DNA of 64,000 nucleotides from Eledone cirrhosa (GCA_964016885.1 OZ024743.1:1240001-1304000); one strand, 5' to 3'; positions 1 through 14,164 are shown, counted from the stretch's first letter. Numbers and translations are program-made. Notes: generated from the letters alone by a model not told the origin.

Positions 1-1160
1 CATACAGTCGTGTAAAAAATATAAAAACAAACAATTTCAACAATCGAAATCCCCAATAGGGGGGAGGCGCCACAAATGGGTTGTTTAATACCCCGTCGAT
101 AGAACAACCCTCAACTCAAGGAGCGTGTTGTGCAAGTGCTCCTTTCTTCCTTTTGCTCTCTTCCTCAACCTACAGGCTTATAAACAGAGAAGGCCCAATC
201 ACTCGGGCCATTTTCGCTTCATTCACCCACCTTTCAGTAAATTTACTGGGGTGCAGTGCCTCTATCTCCACCCTGATTCTCCTTCTAAAGTGATACTTAA
301 AGAATGGAATCAATTGTTGTCCGGAGAGAAAGGCATCTGTCCTCAGTCCTCTCAACCTCGTCCACCATATAACTTCTTTCACCATAGCCACCGTACAGAG
401 GAAAACCGCCTCTCTTTCGTTTTTGAAAGAGTCTGGCGGTTTGATCCTTACTATGGACTCGGCAGTCAACTGTATTTGTCCCATACGCGACAGCAGTTGT
501 TCTGCATAGTTCCACAGGTCGCTTACGCCCGGGCAGTGTACAATTGCGTGCAGAACTGTTTCAATGTCCTGCGCACATCTTGGACACGTCCTCTTGGAAG
601 GATCCCTGCCAGGGCGTCCGTGCCTGTAGATCTTGTCACGAACCGGTAGAGCTCCTCGGTAGCACTGCCAGGCCAGGGACCTCTGGAAGTTGTCCATAGG
701 TCCCGGGCGGAAAGTCCTACCAAACATACTGGTGAGCTCATCGTCTTCGACGCCCAGAGTCTCTCCGAGCACGTCGTCGCCCTTGTAACGTACAATCCCT
801 CTATAGAATGTCGAAGTGGAGTCTCCACTGATTGCTGCGCCCGCTTGCCAGAGGACTGTGAGCGCCTGAGCGCATTCAATGTGCCAGGCGCCCATCGTTT
901 TCGGTCTTTTCTTCACCCAGGACTGCAGCTCCGTTAGCGAGACGAGCTGTGGGAAAGCCTGTCTCACAAACGGTGCCCACACCGGTTGGGGGTCGGTGAG
1001 GAATACCTGGAGATGCCGCAGCCTCAGCGCATGTTTGCGCATCATCAGCCACGGCATTCCCAGCCCTCCGTTGGAAGGGTGCTGACAGCAGACGGATCTC
1101 CTCACCAGCGGAGCCTGCTTCTTCCACAGAAACTGGAAGAGCATGCGTTCCATCTTGGCG
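1..1160 (-). mobile_element. 5'-truncated Tx1-clade LINE copy (ORF2 C-terminus with Cys/His zinc finger plus 3' UTR, running off the window start)
   Basis: ORF 170..1160 reads KMERMLFQFLWKKQAP...CPRCAQDIETVLHAIVHC...GPSLFISL, paralogous to the ORF2 end at 1477-2090; its 5' end abuts (GATA)n at 1161-1200. Confidence 0.9.

Positions 1161-1200
<40 letters not shown>
1161..1200. repeat. (GATA)n microsatellite between two Tx1 copies
   Basis: agatagatag... about 10 units. Confidence 0.95.
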
Positions 1201-1201
<1 letters not shown>

Positions 1202-1476
1202 TGTTTCTTTTATTTGCCACCAGGGCATCAAAAGTGGGACAAGTACAATGGGGGAGTTTACAAAACAAGGCGTCCTCAATAAGGAGGAGGCAATAACAAT
1301 ATATAAAAATAAAATAAAATATAACAAAAAATAAAATTTATAACAAAGTCCTCAATAGAGAGGAGGCGCCTTGGGGGGTCGCACACACCCCCGAAAAAAG
1401 TGTGCAACCCTTCTCCTCAGGAGCACAGAGAAGGGGTGCTCCCTTGGTCTTTCATCTTCCTCACCTATAGTCTGAT

Positions 1477-4400
1477 CTAGAGTGAAGGCCCATTCACACG
1501 GGCCATTCTCGCCACTTTCACCCATCTTTCATAGAAACGGCTGGGGTGCAGCACCTCTCTCTCCATCCTGATCCTTCTTCTGAAATGATATCGGAAGAAA
1601 CGGACCAGTTGTTGGCCAGAGAGAAAGGTGTCTGACCTCAGTCCTTTCAGACGCGTCCACCATACAACCTCTTTCGCCATGGCTATTACGCACAGAAACA
1701 CCGAGGGCGTCGTCGCACCTGCTAACCACTAGCTCTCTATAGAATGACGAGGTGGATTCTCCACTGACAGCCGGGTCCGCCTGCCAGAGAGCCGTGAGCG
1801 CCTGGGCACACACGGTGTGCCAGGCGCCCAGTTTTCTCGGTCTTTGCTTGACCCAGGATTGCAGCTCGGTGAGTGAGACGAGTCTGGGAAAGGCTCGCCT
1901 CACAAACAGGGCCCACACCGGTTGACCGGAGAGGAATACCTGAAGGTGCCGTAGCCTTAATGCGTGTTTACGTATCATCAGCCACGGCATCCCCAGCCCT
2001 CCTTTCGAAGGGTGTTGACAGCAGATGGATCTCCTCACCATAGGAGCCTGCTTCTTCCAAAGGAATTGGAAGAGTGCGCGCTCCATTTTGGCGAGCGTTT
2101 CCCTTGGGCAAGGCACCACGGTCAGGCGGTAGTAGATGACGGACGCTATATAAGTGTTCGCCACCTCCGCCCGACCTTTCAGGGACAGTTTGCACTCGGC
2201 CCACTTCTGGGTCAGTGCAAACACCCTGCTCGTCACCTCACCCCAGTTCTTCTCCACCTGGAGGTCTGGTCCGAACCAGACCCCGAGCAATTTCACCGGG
2301 CCCTCCGTCCAGCGCCCGACGACGCCCTCGGAGGGCATCGATCTGCCCCTCCACGTGCCGAGTTGCAGACCGATCGACTTGTCCCGGTTCAGCTTGGCCC
2401 CTGTAAACCTTTCGTACTCCTGCAGTAAGGTGCCGATCGCCCCGATTTCCGAGGCCGTCGACACCATTACTGTTACGTCATCGGCGTAGGCTGACACCGC
2501 TTTCCGCAATCCCGGTTCCAACGTGATGCCCTGCAACAACTCCAACTTCCGCAGCAGTGGCTCTAGAGTCACTACATACAGAAGGGAGGAGAGAGGGCAC
2601 CCCTGTCGGATGGACCGCGCGATTTCGAACGGCTCCGAGAGGTAGCCGTTCACCTTGACCCTAGAGCAGATGCGGCTGCTGTGCATGGCATTGATCCAGC
2701 CCCTGAAAACGGGTCCGAAGCCTGCCGCCGCTAGCACCGCATCCAGGTAACCATGGTCGACCCTATCGAATGCCTTAGATTGATCCAAGTTGATCAGGGC
2801 CCCACCAAAGCCGGGTTCGTTCCCAACCCTCTCTATGATGTATCGCATGAGGTGGAGGTTATCGTGGATGGACCTGGACGGGATAGCACATGTCTGCGCA
2901 TCTCCCACCAGGTTGCCCACGACAAGCGCCAACCTCTTTGCTAGCACCTTGGCCAAAATCTGTAACTCTGTATTTAGCAGAGTTATGGGCCTGAAATTAT
3001 TTATATCGTCCCCCTTGTTCTCGTCCTTCCTCACTAGCGTGACTACGCCCTTGGTCACAGCACAGGGAATTCTCCCGTTCTGTCGCCAGTTGCAGTAGAC
3101 CGCCTCGAGGAGTTCGGGGAACAAGTCCGGCATAGCTAGATATAGTTCGTATGGAAGACCATCGAGACCCGGGGATTTGCGTTTGCCGCATTGGCTCAGC
3201 ACGTCCTCTATCTCAGCGGCTGAAATCGGCTCCTCGCAGGACTTCGCCTCCCTGTCCGAGAGACGCGGCAGGCCGTCGAGGTATGGCCCGAAGTCCACGT
3301 CCCCAACCGGCCCCCCGCCCCTTCCGAACAATTCGGCAAAGTGCTTTTGAAAAGCCTCGCACATCTGCTTAGGTTCAAGGATCACCCGTCCATCCTGGTC
3401 TCGCAAAGACCGGATAGTGGATCTGCTCCCTCTTTTGGCTTCTGTCACGCGGGCCCAGCTAACAGCTTTGGTCCCCTCGTTTCCCAGAGCACGTATTTTG
3501 CTTCGGACGATGCAGCCTTCGTGTTTCGCGTCGAAGAACTGGCCCAGGGCCGTTCTCGACGCTAGCACTCTGGCCACGTCGCCGCTTCTAATTGCCTCTT
3601 CTACACTATCTACCAACTCCCTTTCCTTCCTATTTCTATTGGAGGCTAACTCCTTACTAAATTCTATAGAGACTACTCTAATCTCTCTTTTGAGAGATCC
3701 CCACCACCTGCTGTTGACGATGGCGCCCGTCAACCGCTCCTTAACTAAAGTGCTAATCCGGTTCCTGTAAGCCTTACTTGCCGGTAAGGACAAGTTGAGC
3801 TTCCAGTAACCGGGTCCCTGTCTATGAGTTCTGTCAAGGTTGACCATGCAGGTCACTAATTTGTGGTCTGAATAGCCAACCATGCGCATTTTTGGACAAC
3901 TTAAAAAGCCCTTATCCTTAATTCTAACTAAGAACCTATCTAGGTACGACCTAGATGTTCCGCTACGATTTGCCCAAGTCCAGGTTGGCGCAGTCGGAAA
4001 ATCTAGTCGATATCTATCGGCCAGGTCAAATCGACCGATTAACCCTTTGAGGCTATTACACCCCTCTCTATCGGGACAGGCCCCTACGTAGTCCCAGCGT
4101 GCATCTAGGATACCATTCCAGACCTCCACTAATAGCAAGGAGCGGGACGTCCCTAGAAAAGTCTCCAGACGATGGAAGAAGTCCGGCCGCATTGACCCGA
4201 AAGGGCCGTAGGCGGCTACCAACCTAAACGCTCCGCCTTTACCACTGCCAAGGTCCAGAACCACTAGTCGACCCTCCGGGTCCAAATGTACCATCTGTGT
4301 TGCGAGACCCAGATGTTTTTGCAGCAGAACGACAACTCCACCCCCACCTCCGGGCTGACAGAGAGATGAGTGCATCTCAAAGTCATCGAAGGTGGGGGCC

Positions 4401-4543
4401 AGCTGTCGCACGTTGCTGATCCGGGCCTCGCAAATAACCATCACATCTATACGTTGTGACCTGAGGTCATTTAGAAGCATTGCTTGCTTCCAAGTTGAGC
4501 CCAGGCCACGCGCATTTAAACAGCCTACTCTTAGCATAGCCAT
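1477..4543 (-). pseudogene. Tx1 ORF2: APE endonuclease + reverse transcriptase, with an internal frameshifting deletion at about 1701
   Basis: APE motifs CLNARGL, SRSYLDRFLV, SDH; RT motifs KSPGLDG, FRPITLLN, LDQSKAFDRV, RQGCPLS, YADD, KLLGV; probable ATG at 4543 or 4537; C-terminal VFLC..GPSL is in another frame (1477..1701). Confidence 0.9.
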
Positions 4544-4567
4544 GTTGATGGTGAAGAGAAAAGGCAC

Positions 4568-6357
4568 TTACCTCTCTGCGTCCCGGGTATCAGGCTGCAC
4601 AATTTCCATTAGGGTGGGGGATGGGTTGTTGGGTGGGGTGGTGGTTTGTGGTAGTGTAGGGGCATCAGTGTGTTGTGTGGTTGGGGAGCTTGGAGTTGTG
4701 TGGGTGTTTGGGGAGGGGGTGGGATAGTTTTTTAGGAGGACCCGGTTAATGGGCCCGACGCAGGGGGGACCCACGTCCTCTTTAAAATTGTTTTTTAAAG
4801 TTTTATAGGTGTCCTGTGGGGCCTTAATCATTTTGAGGTGGGGGAAATCCCCTGCCTGGGTGAAGTTAGGCCCTTGTGTTTTTATTAGATTGTTGTTGTA
4901 CACAGTGTTTAACAGTTTTTTGTTTCTTGTGTTTATGTATGTGTATGCATGTTTTTGTTTTTGTGTGGTGTTTTTTGTTTGCTGTTGTTGTGAGCTCTTT
5001 TGTGTTGGTGTCAGTGTTATGTTTTGGGGAGGGGTTGTTTTCATTTGTGTGTCTGAGGTGTGTTTTCTTTTTTTTCTTTTGATTGTGTGGAAGTGCTCCT
5101 CCTCGTCTGACGGCGAACTAGGGTCATCTTCCGCGTTGGAGGGGAGGGGTATATTTTCGGGTTGTGTTTGCGGTACGGGTGTTTTGGAAATTGTTTTTGT
5201 TTTTTGAGTGGAGGGGATGGGTTGGACATTGTTTTGTTTTGGTTTGAGCTGTGGTGGTTGTTTTTGTAGTGGTAGTTGTGGTGATTGTGTTGGTTGTGCA
5301 GTTGTTGGTGGTGTAGGAAGGATTGGGGTTTTCTTATTAAGTTGGGGACAGACAGCCCTCAGGTGACCTCTGGTTCCGCAGAGGTAACACGAGGGCCGTC
5401 TACCCTCAACGGTAATGTTGATGAAGGTTAGATCATCCAGTATGACGCGTTCAGGGATCTGGGCGATCCTTTCGGGCCTCATTTGAACTACAAGTTCGAG
5501 GCTCGTTCCACTGAACGCGTCACCCGATGCCTTTCCCATGGACACCAGCATGTCATCCTCCAGGTCCAGAAAACCTGTCAAAACCCACCATATGTCCATA
5601 ATCGGCAGGATGGTGTGGATTTTTATTTTTTGTGTTCTTCTACCCATGTACGTAGGGTAGAAGGTGTATGCGGTGGATGTGATTGGTTTGATGGACAGTT
5701 TCACTGCTGTGTCCCTGTCCTTCATGAGTATGGATAGACTCCCGTAGAGTCTATCCTTCTGAATGAAGGTGATGTCCTTCATGACGTCTTTTAAAACCAG
5801 CTCTATCTCACTCTGTGATGGTTGAGCTGGTTTTTTACTTTTGTTCGAGATTGTCCTAAACATGACCGTGTTTAGGAGTCTCTGGCTTTTTAGTTCCGGG
5901 GGGGGGGGGGGATTGTGAATGAACCATTTTCTCCGTACACTATATATTTTTTCGCATCTGCCAGTAGCTCCTTCGCTTTGGTTATATCTACTGGCAGATA
6001 GTCGAGGGTTTTCCTTGTCGTCTCGGCGAAGGAGAAATTTTGTTTGTTTGTGTTGTTGTTGTCGTTGGTGGTGTTGTTGTTATCATTGTTGTTGTTGTCA
6101 CCGTTATTGGTCTTGTTGTTGTTGTTATTGTTATTGGTGTTGTTTTCGTCCGTCGCATTGTTGTTGTTGTTGCTGTTGCTGGTGGTTCTTTGGGTTGTTG
6201 CCATGGCAACGTCAAGTTGTCGGTTAACAGGTGGAGAGAATTCTTCCTCTGGCTGACCTTTCTTCTTGACCTCTGCTACTGTGACAGTGGCAGGGGGAAG
6301 CTGTAAGTTTATCTTCCCCTTTCCTCCTTCGAATTTTGGTGAAGAAGCTTCGGCCAT
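4568..6357 (-). CDS. Tx1 ORF1 (gag-like, CX2CX4HX4C zinc knuckle), split by a frameshift in a G14 run at 5898-5911
   Basis: ORFs 5890..6357 and 4568..5863; CYLCGTRGHLRAVC; Asn-rich and Pro/Gln/Thr-rich low-complexity segments; stop codon directly abuts the ORF2 frame. Confidence 0.8.
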
Positions 6358-6572
6358 TTAAAAAAAATATTGACTTTTCAACAAGAAAAAACTTTTTTTT
6401 TGTTTAACTATTTCGCCTAAAGGCGTAGAATATTTTGAGAGACTGACCAGATCAAAGTTTGACCTGGCAGTCCCTCTACAAAATGGTACATAAATTAAAG
6501 TTATCAGACAAGAATTTCTATAGAAATTTAAACAGAACTTACTCAGCAAGTTATACGCGTGTGTCCATCCCA

Positions 6573-6723
<151 letters not shown>

Positions 6724-7910
6724 TTGAGGAAATACTTGTGCTTACTGTACAGGCGTGATTTTCTCTGAATCCACTGACCAGGTTTTTTATAAGAGAGCTG
6801 ATTGTAGCCCGTGAAGAACATTCTAAGAAGACGCACAATAGGATATTTTCTAAATATCATGAGCTGGTGAAGTAGGGCAGAAGCCTTGTCTGGCGTGTGC
6901 ATTGCGAACCAATTGCAATGGGCTGCCGGAGAATCTTGAGGCTCATACTCTGCAAAGCTACAACACAAGTACTACCGTTGATCATGCGTCGCCGAGTTTT
7001 TGAAAGAGTTGTTTTGCAGTCTGAAACTTGAAATGCTGTATTATTAAAGATATTTTAATGGTCCCTCACGAAAACTCAATTCAACATATGTAGCATTTAT
7101 ATTATATCCTAAAGGTAATGAGTTTTCGGAGAAAAGGGGGCACAGTTTCAAGAAGTATGAAATGAATATTACTTGACATAAATCAGGCTAAGTGTGCTCT
7201 TTTTTCGCAAGGCCAGAAATTACATAAGCGCATGTCTATTAGTAACATCTGCGCATCACAAATAAAATATTAATTAAAGTGCTGTTGGACAGTAAAAACT
7301 AAAGACTCCTCCCAGCTGTTTAGCAAAATCGTGTACTGTACACATGGAACTCGTTGCTAGATAAGCAGATAAGAGATTCTTTTAATCTGTCGTTTTTAAC
7401 AGTTACTGTAACGTATTTGTTCCTCTTAAACAGTAAAGTTGCGTACTACCACATGCAAATGTATCCAATCTAGCTAATTTTGCTTGTTTCGTAAATCATA
7501 CAATATCCAGCTAATAAACCTAGTCCTGCTTCCACAGAACTGCATACTGTAGGAATTCATTCACTGTTATATAAGTTAAAACCAGCTGACGTTTAACTAA
7601 ACATCAAATGCACCGAGCTGTTTTCGGGAAGCATCCAGCAAACATCGTGAAATATTCATAACATGTAGAAATAAATTATTTCTACATGTTATACTTCATT
7701 ACCTTCAGGTTAAGACTTTCTTGATTTTGTTTCCTATTCCGTAGCACACTGAACACGTATATATCGATTCTCCTATTTTGTATATATTCAGATATAACTT
7801 TATCAGGTGTGTGTATGTGTGTGTAAGTATAAATTTACTTATATTTGATATATAGGAAGATAGATATGTCATATATACGTATGCCATGTGTGAGTGTGTA
7901 TATATATATG

Positions 7911-7961
7911 GGCTTCCTGATGATTTCTCCCGAATAAAACAGTTCTAGTCCTGTAGAAGCC
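7911..7961 (+). ncRNA. Degenerate type I hammerhead ribozyme (GAAA box mutated to AAAA)
   Basis: GGCTTC-CTGATGA-tTTC tccc GAAt-AAAA-CAG..CTG-TA-GAAGCC; perfect 6-bp stem I. Confidence 0.65.
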
Positions 7962-8079
7962 ATTTCTATATTAAATATTTATACTCTGCTATGTATTGAG
8001 TACCTTACTTACTCTGGTTACCCCCGATTGAACCCTGGATAAACTTATATATATACATATATATACATATATATAAATA

Positions 8080-8174
<95 letters not shown>

Positions 8175-8242
8175 TAAAATAACAGATTAAAGTTTAAGCA
8201 AAGAATCGTTATATATATATAAACTCTGCTTCGAAGAATTGA

Positions 8243-8327
8243 GACGTATCTGAGGACCTGAGTCAGGTTCGATCATTACATCGATCGTGCCTCGAGCTGG
8301 TCGCCAGAGAAACGATTGTAATATGTC
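8243..8327 (+). ncRNA. Type I hammerhead ribozyme motif with extended stem II
   Basis: GACGTAT-CTGAGGA-...-GAAAC-GATT-GTA-ATATGTC; second copy on the minus strand at 16118-16217. Confidence 0.7.
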
Positions 8328-8370
8328 TAATAAATTTTATTTGTCGCCATACTGATTCTCCGTTTCTTAT

Positions 8371-8416
<46 letters not shown>

Positions 8417-9092
8417 CGTTTATATACATATATATATACATATATATATATGAATTGGCAGAACCTGTGCAAAATCGTTTTGACGTCATTACTTTTTACC
8501 TTGCGTGACATTAGCTCTGTCAACTTTATTGCAAGTATTCGGATTCTGTCTCGATATTTGGGTTCCCTTACCTGATGCCAAAGTCGACATCCATCCTCCT
8601 CTTTTGGGGAATTCCTGCTTGTAGATGATAGTTTAGATATGATTAATTGTTTTACCTTTCTTCATTTACATCTCAAAAATATTCTGTTCCTCTCGGGATT
8701 AACCTCAACAACATTTATGCAACTTATCCATAGCGAATTTCAAGTTTTTTACCTCTTTCCTTTTCCCACACCATTTCTATTTTTATCTTAAATTCAGTCA
8801 CATTTGGTTAGTAGACTTAATCCATCGCCTCTTTTAACAACAAAGAGCTTTTGTGTGTTTTAGCGGATTGCAATCTGCTTCAAGTATTCAAGACACTTCC
8901 ACCTTGTCTTCTGACAAAGCTTTTAATAAGAAGTTACGGAAGAAAAGAAAAAGAAAAAGAAAAATGAAAAAAAAAGCGAAAATATCACGCCTCTTCCCAT
9001 TTTCCCAGGGCTCTCTCAGCTATAACAACAATCGTCCTAAATAAAAACTGTTTAAAAAAATTATCTATTATATTCCGTGCCAATAAAATAAT

Positions 9093-9241
9093 TACCGTGT
9101 TTCCCAGCGCCAGGACAACCAAAAACCAACCAAAGTTTGAAAAAAAAATGATAAACAACCTTCGGTCTCCATGACGCATGGTAGATTTTTTAGACTTATT
9201 TCAGGAAAAAAGTAGCGCCTTCGACGCCGGGAAATACGGTA
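9093..9241. mobile_element. MITE, Tc1/pogo (Tigger-like) type
   Basis: Terminal inverted repeats TA-CCGTGTTTCCCAGCG / CGCCGGGAAATACGG-TA with TA flanks. Confidence 0.7.
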
Positions 9242-10320
9242 ATTACTAATTCAATAATGAAGGCGATGATACAAAATTTTAAACTGATTATCGCACACAA
9301 ATATATTCATGAATACAAACCAAAAATTTAAGAGTTCTCTCCCCTGAGAGATAAGGGACATAATTTTTTTAAAAGATATGAGTTACTCTCCTTCACCTAG
9401 TTGGAATTGTTTAGCAAGTAATTTTGCTTGAATTTTTTAAATGGAACGAAAACGATTGCATTTTAGTAGTGTTCTTGGGCAATTAAATGCATATGTACAG
9501 TTAGGTGAATAATTTGGGCAGTGATTATTAATTATTATATATCAGGCCAGTGACAAATGACTTTTATAGCTTAACATACATATTAAAAACATTATTTTAA
9601 GTTAGACATAAAATTCCGTCTTTCCTGATTTGATAACAGTATACAAACCAAACACTTAGATGGTATAAATAATTTTATAAATCAACATAGAATTGGATTA
9701 TAATCACAGTAACCGTTTTAAAATAGTATGGGATAATTTGAAAGAGAATTACTTGCAATTTTTAGCCGTTAGAGCGACCATGAAATGATAATCGTCGTTA
9801 GCTTCAATGCATTTTATTAGTTCCCAAATATAGAAAAGTACGTTTATTGTATGAACTAAATACCGTAGTTATTAATATAAAACATAAAGTACGTTATTGA
9901 AATATTTATGTAAAATCAATCGTTCTACTTCACAATATTAACAACACAATTCAGTCTATAAAACGTTGGATAGCCCCATCGGGCATGTTTCTACTCCGCC
10001 CTCTAGCTACATAGCGATGCTTGGTTGAACGCCGTGTCGTTGCCATCAAAGAGTACTCCGCTGCAGAGGGACTGTCTACACATCGGTGTTTCCTTAAGGC
10101 TCGGTTTTCTGTTTTACCGAAAATACAACTGTTAATCAGAGTGACAAACGTATGTTCCTAAAATTACTATGACATGGCGGATTTATACATAATAATATTT
10201 TTTGAAAAAATAACCTCAAAAGAAACAATTTGACTTTCAAATCCCCATAATATTCATTCACTTAGTTATTTGCTGATGGAATCAGAAGGATTGATATAAT
10301 AAGTAAATGTTCCAACGTGT

Positions 10321-10410
10321 GAATGAATAGGTGACCGATGGAATGAATGGGTGACCGATGGAATGAATGGGTGACCGATGGAATGAATGGGTGACCGATG
10401 GAATGAATGA
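10321..10410. repeat. 20-bp minisatellite (GTGACCGATGGAATGAATGG) x4
   Basis: direct reading. Confidence 0.9.
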
Positions 10411-13400
10411 GCAAATGAATAGATGAGAGAGGGAACCAGTGTAACCTTCGTGGACTGTTGCACTTTTTCTACAGTTTGCCTTTTTCTGGTGCATGATTGG
10501 GGTTGATGTTGCTTTAATGTACATAGATTGTTATACACTGGTAACTCTTTGCTTCATTGCATGCATTGTGATGGAAATTATAGTGCTGTTAAATTTTGAA
10601 GACCTTGATTCTGTTTTATGGTTTCAATGTGTTGTACTTGCGTTGTGCAATATATACGTGTTGTAGACATCCGAATCATACACCAGAAAAAAGTGAACCA
10701 AGAGGCATTGTGCGGAGTGGTTATCAGCAGTATCAACATCAACAACAAAGACAAGAACTCCACATCACAATATCACCTTCAAGTAATATACCCAACATTA
10801 AAACCAGTCAAAGGTTCTTATCTGACATATTTTGTATATAAGCTGCCAGAAACACTCGCAGAAAGCAGAAATAATCTTCGTAAAGCCCTTTTTATGCATT
10901 AATCTCGCAAACCCAATAGAAAAATAAACTAAAAAACTAGAAAACATACGAACCACACAAAACCAAAAATATGCATTTAAAACACGATGAACTAATCTCT
11001 ATCTGCAACAAATAACACCAACGCCGTCGCGTTCCTAGAATCTGAGAGGGGAGCAAAATTATAAAAACTATAAATCAACACAAGCCAAGTAACATCATAT
11101 AGGCATTTCAACTTCCTATGCTTACCCTTACAAATTTATTAATGTACACATACATCGTTCTATATCACTACAGCGCAAAAAATAAACATTCTACTCGTTT
11201 CATTTTTATTACATTCGATATTATTAAACCTTTCAATTCCATTTCTGCCTCTATCCACTATAACAAAATATACTCAACATCACCTAATGAAATAAACCGA
11301 AAAGCTCGCAAGTAAATGCCAGGCCACAAACCGCAATGTAACATAAACACCATAAGTAGTGTACTACACTCCAAGGTAGGTTGTACATAGGCCATATCTA
11401 CAATCTACACACAGAAACCTCAAAGGCCACGTGGGCAACGGAGGGGATGTGTTGATACCTCAGCAAGCTTCGGTCCTACAATCCATGAAAATATATGAAC
11501 ATCTCCCCAGAAAATATTCAGGCAGATATATATACATCTCCAAGTCACTATTACTACAACCCAATCTTAAGCATACTATCTCCTATTTATCTCGGTCAGC
11601 AACATCAATAGCCTCACTGGTTCCAATCACTGAACTCAAATGCACTCTCAACTGTAGTTCTCACTAGAATCTATAGGTGCACAGAAATAGAATGGATAAT
11701 GGATATAGTTCACTATGTCCATACTACAATAATGGATCCCATACGAATCGGCACGGCACATATGTGCAGTAGAGTGCTCTGTTAGTTGGTTAGTTGAAAA
11801 CATAGTATAAAGGGACAACTGAATATGTGGCTCATTCGGCGGATATTCTGTGCGCCATAGGTGTGCTTGATTAGATCTGACTCGTGGATACACAGAAACA
11901 ATATCACCAGTACTGTTACCGTAACAAAAATACCGCAAAGAAATCGCCAGAAACAGCGTGAAAATCTCTGTAATCACACGCACTACCGAAGTTTGAAAAG
12001 GAAGGACATTTTGAATAATGTATTCTGAAATAAACTATACCCCAAAAGACGGAAATGTCAGGGTTAAAATGCATTTGATCATACCTAGACCTGCTCTGTC
12101 AGGGATGATATGGATCTAAATAACAACAAACGTATCAAGAACCATGACATTTCTTTCAGGTATAGTGCATGTCAGGACTACATTATCTAATGAATCGTTC
12201 CTTTGTTTACGATTTATGATTTGAGAGATATTTCGACCCCAGAGTCTGCTTTGTAAACCCTTAACCATCGTTGTTTGCATTGTTGGTGTTGTTGTTGCTA
12301 CTGTTTATATGTATTTCATATATCAAGAAATTGTTATTAGAAAATCTCATATTGTTTGGGAATTTAATAAACAGAAACAATTGGGAATTATTGAAGTATC
12401 ACAGTTCAGTCGATACTACTGCATCTGTTACAAACTAAATGTCTATAGTATTGATCTGTTTGTTTTTCTTCGTATTAAACACGCAGTTACAAAGAATATA
12501 TATTGATTTTTACAATTTCTTTTATTTCTTACTCCACGTTAACAGTATGTATGATGTGTACTTTTGTTTTGTTTTAATAGCATACAAAGACACATACACA
12601 CATAAACACATAATCACACAAAAACACACACGCATACAATCACACAATCACACACGCACACAATCACACAAAAACACATAAACACACACGCACACAAACA
12701 CACAATCTCACACACACACGCACATACACACATATATATATGTATATATACATATACACACATACACCCACAAACCCACACACTTTAATATATTCAGGCC
12801 TCTTTTTTATTACTAATAGACTATAAACTGTCCACGGTAGTCTTCAGATATGTTTTGTCCTATGCTTTCTTCTTGATTTTTTCCCTTTACGTCCCTGTGA
12901 TCTTCATTTCTTCGTCTGCTGATCTTCAATAAATGATCACTAAGCATCATGCCTTACTTTCCCCTCTGGGTCCCATTACTATGTTTTTTGTACCTACTGA
13001 CCAGACCTCCTAATCGGAGAATTTTCAATAGCAGCGTAAAATCCTCAGAAATTTCAAAATAAATCCTGAACAGTTGCTCAAGAAACATTTTAAATACTAG
13101 ATATCCATTGCTAGCCAAAAATATCTTGACGTTAAAGCGAGATGCAAATGAAAATGGAGAGGAAGATCATACGTCTTCAAGATGGGGGTTAGATGTTGAA
13201 TGCTAGATTCACTTTTCTAAATCTCAGTTTGGTGTTTTACCCTGTACCTCAAGCTAAAGACAGACGAAATGTTTTTCCGTTTTTACCATGTTATTTGAAA
13301 CCATGACAGAGCCAGAGTCATCGTTTCGAAATTTCATGCTCTAATAATTTTTTGGGTTTGTAAACCGAATTTCCACTGCTATATTTGTTTATATTTTAAC

Positions 13401-14029
13401 ACTTTCATCTGTCTTTAAATGCCTTGAACACGTTGGGATATTTGATAAATGTCATTCACACTATCTAAATGCGATGATCCTATATTCACATTATGGTGAA
13501 CTTTCAGCCAATGTAATTGCATGCTTCACCCAGTCCAACATTATCACGAAATCCATTGACATCACTCCAGTTTTTCTTCGAAAATGTCGATAATCGCACT
13601 TTGTAAATCTCTTGACAAGATACCTCTTTGTAAATCTCTTGACAAGATACCTCTTTGTAGAGCTCTTGGCGAATAATAGTGACCTTGTTAGAAATGTTGT
13701 AGTGTCGGTGTAAATTCCTAATAATTTTCCTGTCAACTGTATTCAAAGTGTTTTTCAGTTGATGGTAATGAGAATAAGGTTAGCCTATCATATGCGCAAC
13801 TGCTCCATTATGTTCCTGGGTGCAAGAATCTAATCAATGTAGGACTTGTAGTTCCTAAATATGTGTTGTGATCTTATCAAGTATTCTACAACGTTTTCCA
13901 GCCTTTCAATAAAATGTCATTTCAAGAAACTTGTTCTGTACCAGTAGAACCGTGATACCAGTCACTAAAATGTCCTTCACACACAAACACATACCCACAC
14001 AACACACGCATATGTATATATGTATGTGT

Positions 14030-14149
<120 letters not shown>

Positions 14150-14164
14150 TTCATTTGGGTTTTG

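Larger units (their letters stand above)
1201..6572 (-). mobile_element. Near full-length Tx1-clade non-LTR retrotransposon (ORF1 + ORF2) flanked by (GATA)n
   Basis: ORF1 with CCHC knuckle, ORF2 with AP endonuclease and RT, 3' end AATAAAAGAAAC followed by (ATCT)n on the minus strand; (GATA)n at 1161-1200 and 6573-6721. Confidence 0.9.

Noticed and set aside
170-1327. 385-aa ORF with a hydrophobic N-terminus
   Set aside because: Chance read-through from one copy's 3' UTR across (ATCT)n into a truncated ORF2.
81-6306. Plus-strand ORFs overlapping the Tx1 element
   Set aside because: Antisense shadows of a GC-rich or low-complexity coding strand with no recognisable motifs.
9960-10155. Possible non-coding first exon or promoter (GC-richer patch ending in /GTATGT)
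   Set aside because: Only a donor-like site; no way to link it to the gene at 26.4 kb without transcripts.
10321-10410. CRISPR-like regular repeat
   Set aside because: Head-to-tail 20-mers with no unique spacers, in eukaryotic context; it is a minisatellite.
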